DNA of 64,000 nucleotides from Nemertoderma westbladi. Taxonomy: Eukaryota; Animalia; Xenacoelomorpha. This document shows, one piece after another, positions 60,864-64,000 of this stretch; position 1 is the first letter of the stretch; each line of letters begins with the position of its first letter. Below the pieces are notes generated by a model. It saw only the letters and a program-made list of their open reading frames with translations. It did no database searches and was not told where the DNA came from. The position numbers and the translations under genes are program-made. The stretch spans positions 55,381-119,380 of the forward strand of contig JAUCBJ010007101.1 of the NCBI GenBank assembly GCA_032718475.1, in the 5' to 3' direction.

Positions 60864-63800
60864 TGTAACCAATGTCGTGCAAGTTATATATTAGCTGGAC
60901 CAATAGCTATCTTTAAAACCTTGTTAGAATCTATAGAACAATCGAGAATTTTCTCGATTGATTGCGGCACAAATTTAGTATATAAAGGTGCGATTTGTTC
61001 ATTAGTTATTCACTTCACATCAATTTCCATCATTCACTTTCTGTCTTATTTCAGATTACATTGTTTATTGTATAATAGTTATTATATGTTTTGTAATAAA
61101 GTCAGAAATACTAGTCACATCTCTCAGCCTTTCTATCTGTTTTAATATGGTTTCACTACGGTGAACAAACTCAGGGACAGGATGGCCGGCTAGAGATCGG
61201 GCCGCAGCAATGAACGGGAACATCACGGGAATGTAGACGAGAGACAACCCGCAATACCATCTAGTGTTATTCGCCCATCGCCTGAAAGGTTAGACAGCGT
61301 TCGATCCTTGCTACCTAAGTGTAAGACCAAAAGATCAAAAGGTAGACGTAGTGACACGCTGTAAGCCCAAAATTACATCATAGGGACTGTACTGTCTTGA
61401 TTCAGGGAAAACCGCAGTAGACCTTCATATTCCTACGGGGGGGAGAGGGAGAGAGAGCAGATACTAGTACGCAGATAGGACGTAGGCACACCGGTACAAG
61501 GCATACACATTGGTTAGGGTGCAGCAAACTGTACGCTTAACTCTTGCTAAGTACAGGTGTGTGTGCGACTATTTGCAGTACGACCGTGTCTATTACATCA
61601 GAACTTGTAGGCTAGGGGGTTGCTGTGTTTTCACCTGAATTGGGATTGTACCGTTCAGGCGGTAGGGCAGTTTACGCTAGGCGCAAATAAATTGAGGCTA
61701 TCAGGGATATACTAACATCTACCGTGTCCCCGCCAACGCCCTAATAGGAAGTTACCCGGACTACCTGGGTGACTAAAATTCTAGATAGGAGCCAGGATAG
61801 CTATTAGTACCCGTACGCCTACAGTAGTAAACTAACACATCTCTTCTTAGTATCAGGGACCTGGTACCTAAAATTGCCGAATTCTGGGCGTAGTATTAAC
61901 CTTATGCCTGAATTTGAGTCCTGGAAATACGCAAGAGGGGAAGGAACCTTATCATTCGTGAGTATTGGACCTACAAGTTATAAAATTAGAATATTCGTAA
62001 AATGCACACCGTACCCAGTAATTATATATGTGAAGGAGCAAAACTGCTTTGACCGTTCAGAATTAACACACGCGCGTTAGAAATTATTTACACCTCGAAA
62101 TATATAAAATTAACTTTCGTCCTTACTGCACTTTGCTCGCTAGTTAGACATCTCCAAATCTGCTCTGTACCTAGCTAGCGTCCCTTTGCCCAACCATATA
62201 AATCACACCGCGGCAAAGTATACGAGCCTCTTAGTCCGTCAGTGAGTCAGCCTGATTTTAGGATTCGCTGCGCGGGATTTTGTTTTATCGAAGTTTGTCT
62301 GCTCGTAGACTGTTTTCTGCCTCACCGGTTAAAAGAGATCGATACTGCAATATATTCGCTTACTTGGGGTTTACTGTTTTGGTGAGAAGGTCGGATTTAT
62401 GATTTGATTTACAAACTTTACAGTAGGATATTGCAGGTATTGTTACCGTCTCTTCCGATAGTAGGAATAGGCGTATCTCTCCAATTTAGTAGGAATATGT
62501 TTTACTGAACTACGGTTCGGTAGGACTAAAGTTATTTGAAAATTTTGTATTTTGAGGTAAAAATTTGTATTTGATTAGCTAAGTGCTAATTTTTTGAAAT
62601 AAAATTTGATTTGAACCGCGTGTAAAATATTTTGGAATTGAATACCGGTGTTTAAAAGGGTTTAAATACCATATTGTACCGGTACAAAATTTTCGTAAAG
62701 TAAAACCTAACTCTTTTGTTTTTTCAGGATTCAGAACTCATTTCTAGACTGTAACGGGAGCAAGACCGTGTTTAGCAAGTTTGGGAGATAGATAACTCAA
62801 CAACTTTGGTTGGGAAAATCGCGTTTCGTCCGCAACGTTAAAAACGGAAAGGTTCACGTCCGGTTTGTATCTGGGAATCTGTTTTTCTGGAGAATTATTG
62901 GAGTGGGTGAGTTCGAAAAGTTGCATAAATAAGTTAGGCATTACCGTATTAGTTAAAATTATTGTGGGTTCCACTGTCTCAAGTATTTATGCATTCCGTA
63001 TGATTTCTTTGTTCATTGCTGAATTAGTCCGTATTATTGTATTTAATTTACCTTTTGATAACGCATATCGTTATCCGATTTATTTGTTGTAAAATTGGCC
63101 GCTAGGCTAATTTTATTATATACTTATTCCGTGACATTTATTTGCTGTAAAATTGGCCGTTTAGGCTAATTTTATCCATCTGCTATAAAATCGGCCGGTA
63201 GGCTAATTTTATAAGACTGTAATTAGTACCGTTTTATATAAATACGGTAAACTCGATACTTTGACACTCACTTTACTTGACTTACAACTACCGAAATGAG
63301 TGACAAACAAGACTATACGAAGAACACACAAACCGACTATGACTCATGTGACGCGGATAAGTCAGCAGCGGAAGAACAACAGGGGAAGACTCGCGAGCCT
63401 ACCGAACCTACACCGTGTGCGTCACCAGTACATCCAACGGGAGTACCGGATGCCGTAGTACGAGGCGACGGCAGGACCGAGGACTTTCTAACTGTTCCGC
63501 AACCTAGATACAGGGAAACGGAAATGGTAAGTTCAGCAGGAAGCACAGAAAGTGTGGTTAGAAGCGTCGGAGGTTACATGGCGCATATAACCAGGAGCAT
63601 TGGAGAAGGCCAACGCATATTAGACGGGTTGACCGCTCCGATGTCTCGATTCGAGTTCTACACCCTCCAGGTTAGAGTACAGAGTAAAGTATATAAGTCC
63701 GTAGATAATCTAGTTGGCCTACAAGATCTAGCTAGACAGAGACAGGACATGGATACTCAACTTAGAATCCTCGAGAAACTAATGATCACTAGAGAGAAAC

Positions 63801-64000
63801 TGATTCAGTTTAAGTCGACGATTAGACAGATACAACAGGAACAAGCGGACCAGTTGTTAGGTGAGTCAGTTTCGGACGAATTATTACAGCCCGAGGAAGA
63901 ACAGGAACTGTACCGACTGGATGGACAATTGAAACACCTGACGGATCACTTGCGCATGTGCGGCGAAGACGTCGGAGATTGGGAAACCGTGCCGGAGGCT
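60864..64000 (+). mobile_element. Probable 5' part of a different LTR retrotransposon (copy G)
   Basis: TGTAACC start, TATATAAA ~60980, AATAAA 61095, TGG at 61148, ~2.1-kb leader, then a long ORF; no second LTR or diagnostic domain in the window. Confidence 0.45.
63296..64000 (+). CDS. Open ORF running off the window (235 codons), probable Gag N-terminus
   Basis: MSDKQDYTKNTQ...QDLARQRQDMDTQLRILEKL...; disordered start then coiled-coil-like; no stop to the window end. Confidence 0.6.
   Translation, partial: MSDKQDYTKNTQTDYDSCDADKSAAEEQQGKTREPTEPTPCASPVHPTGVPDAVVRGDGRTEDFLTVPQPRYRETEMVSSAGSTESVVRSVGGYMAHITRSIGEGQRILDGLTAPMSRFEFYTLQVRVQSKVYKSVDNLVGLQDLARQRQDMDTQLRILEKLMITREKLIQFKSTIRQIQQEQADQLLGESVSDELLQPEEEQELYRLDGQLKHLTDHLRMCGEDVGDWETVPEA

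Overview
Eukaryotic, AT-rich window made almost entirely of nested transposable elements; no clear host gene. It is dominated by one BEL/Pao (Belpaoviridae) LTR-retrotransposon family with ~1.23-kb LTRs. Copy A (1-6052, minus) runs off the window. Copy B (~8888-40991, plus) is a decayed full gag-pol element. Copy C (20961-32831, minus) is young, sits inside B with TSD AGTGT, and has an intact Gag-protease ORF lacking RT and IN. Copy F (44346-56867, plus) has the same non-autonomous design. Also present: RTE-like LINE fragments, a Kolobok-type DNA transposon, a TA-flanked Tc1/mariner-type non-autonomous element, a 414-bp tRNA-promoter plus hammerhead-ribozyme retroposon, and the start of another probable LTR element. 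Main candidate discovery: none of the four 5' LTRs is followed by a tRNA primer-binding site. Instead, the 11 nt right after the LTR are complementary to an 11-nt segment at a fixed position inside the same element's LTR, and the two sites co-vary between copies. This suggests Tf1-like self-primed reverse transcription in a BEL/Pao element. The family also carries a non-env accessory ORF with a swappable central module, and a relic PPT plus LTR-like block after pol. All calls are from manual reading; no database searches were run.
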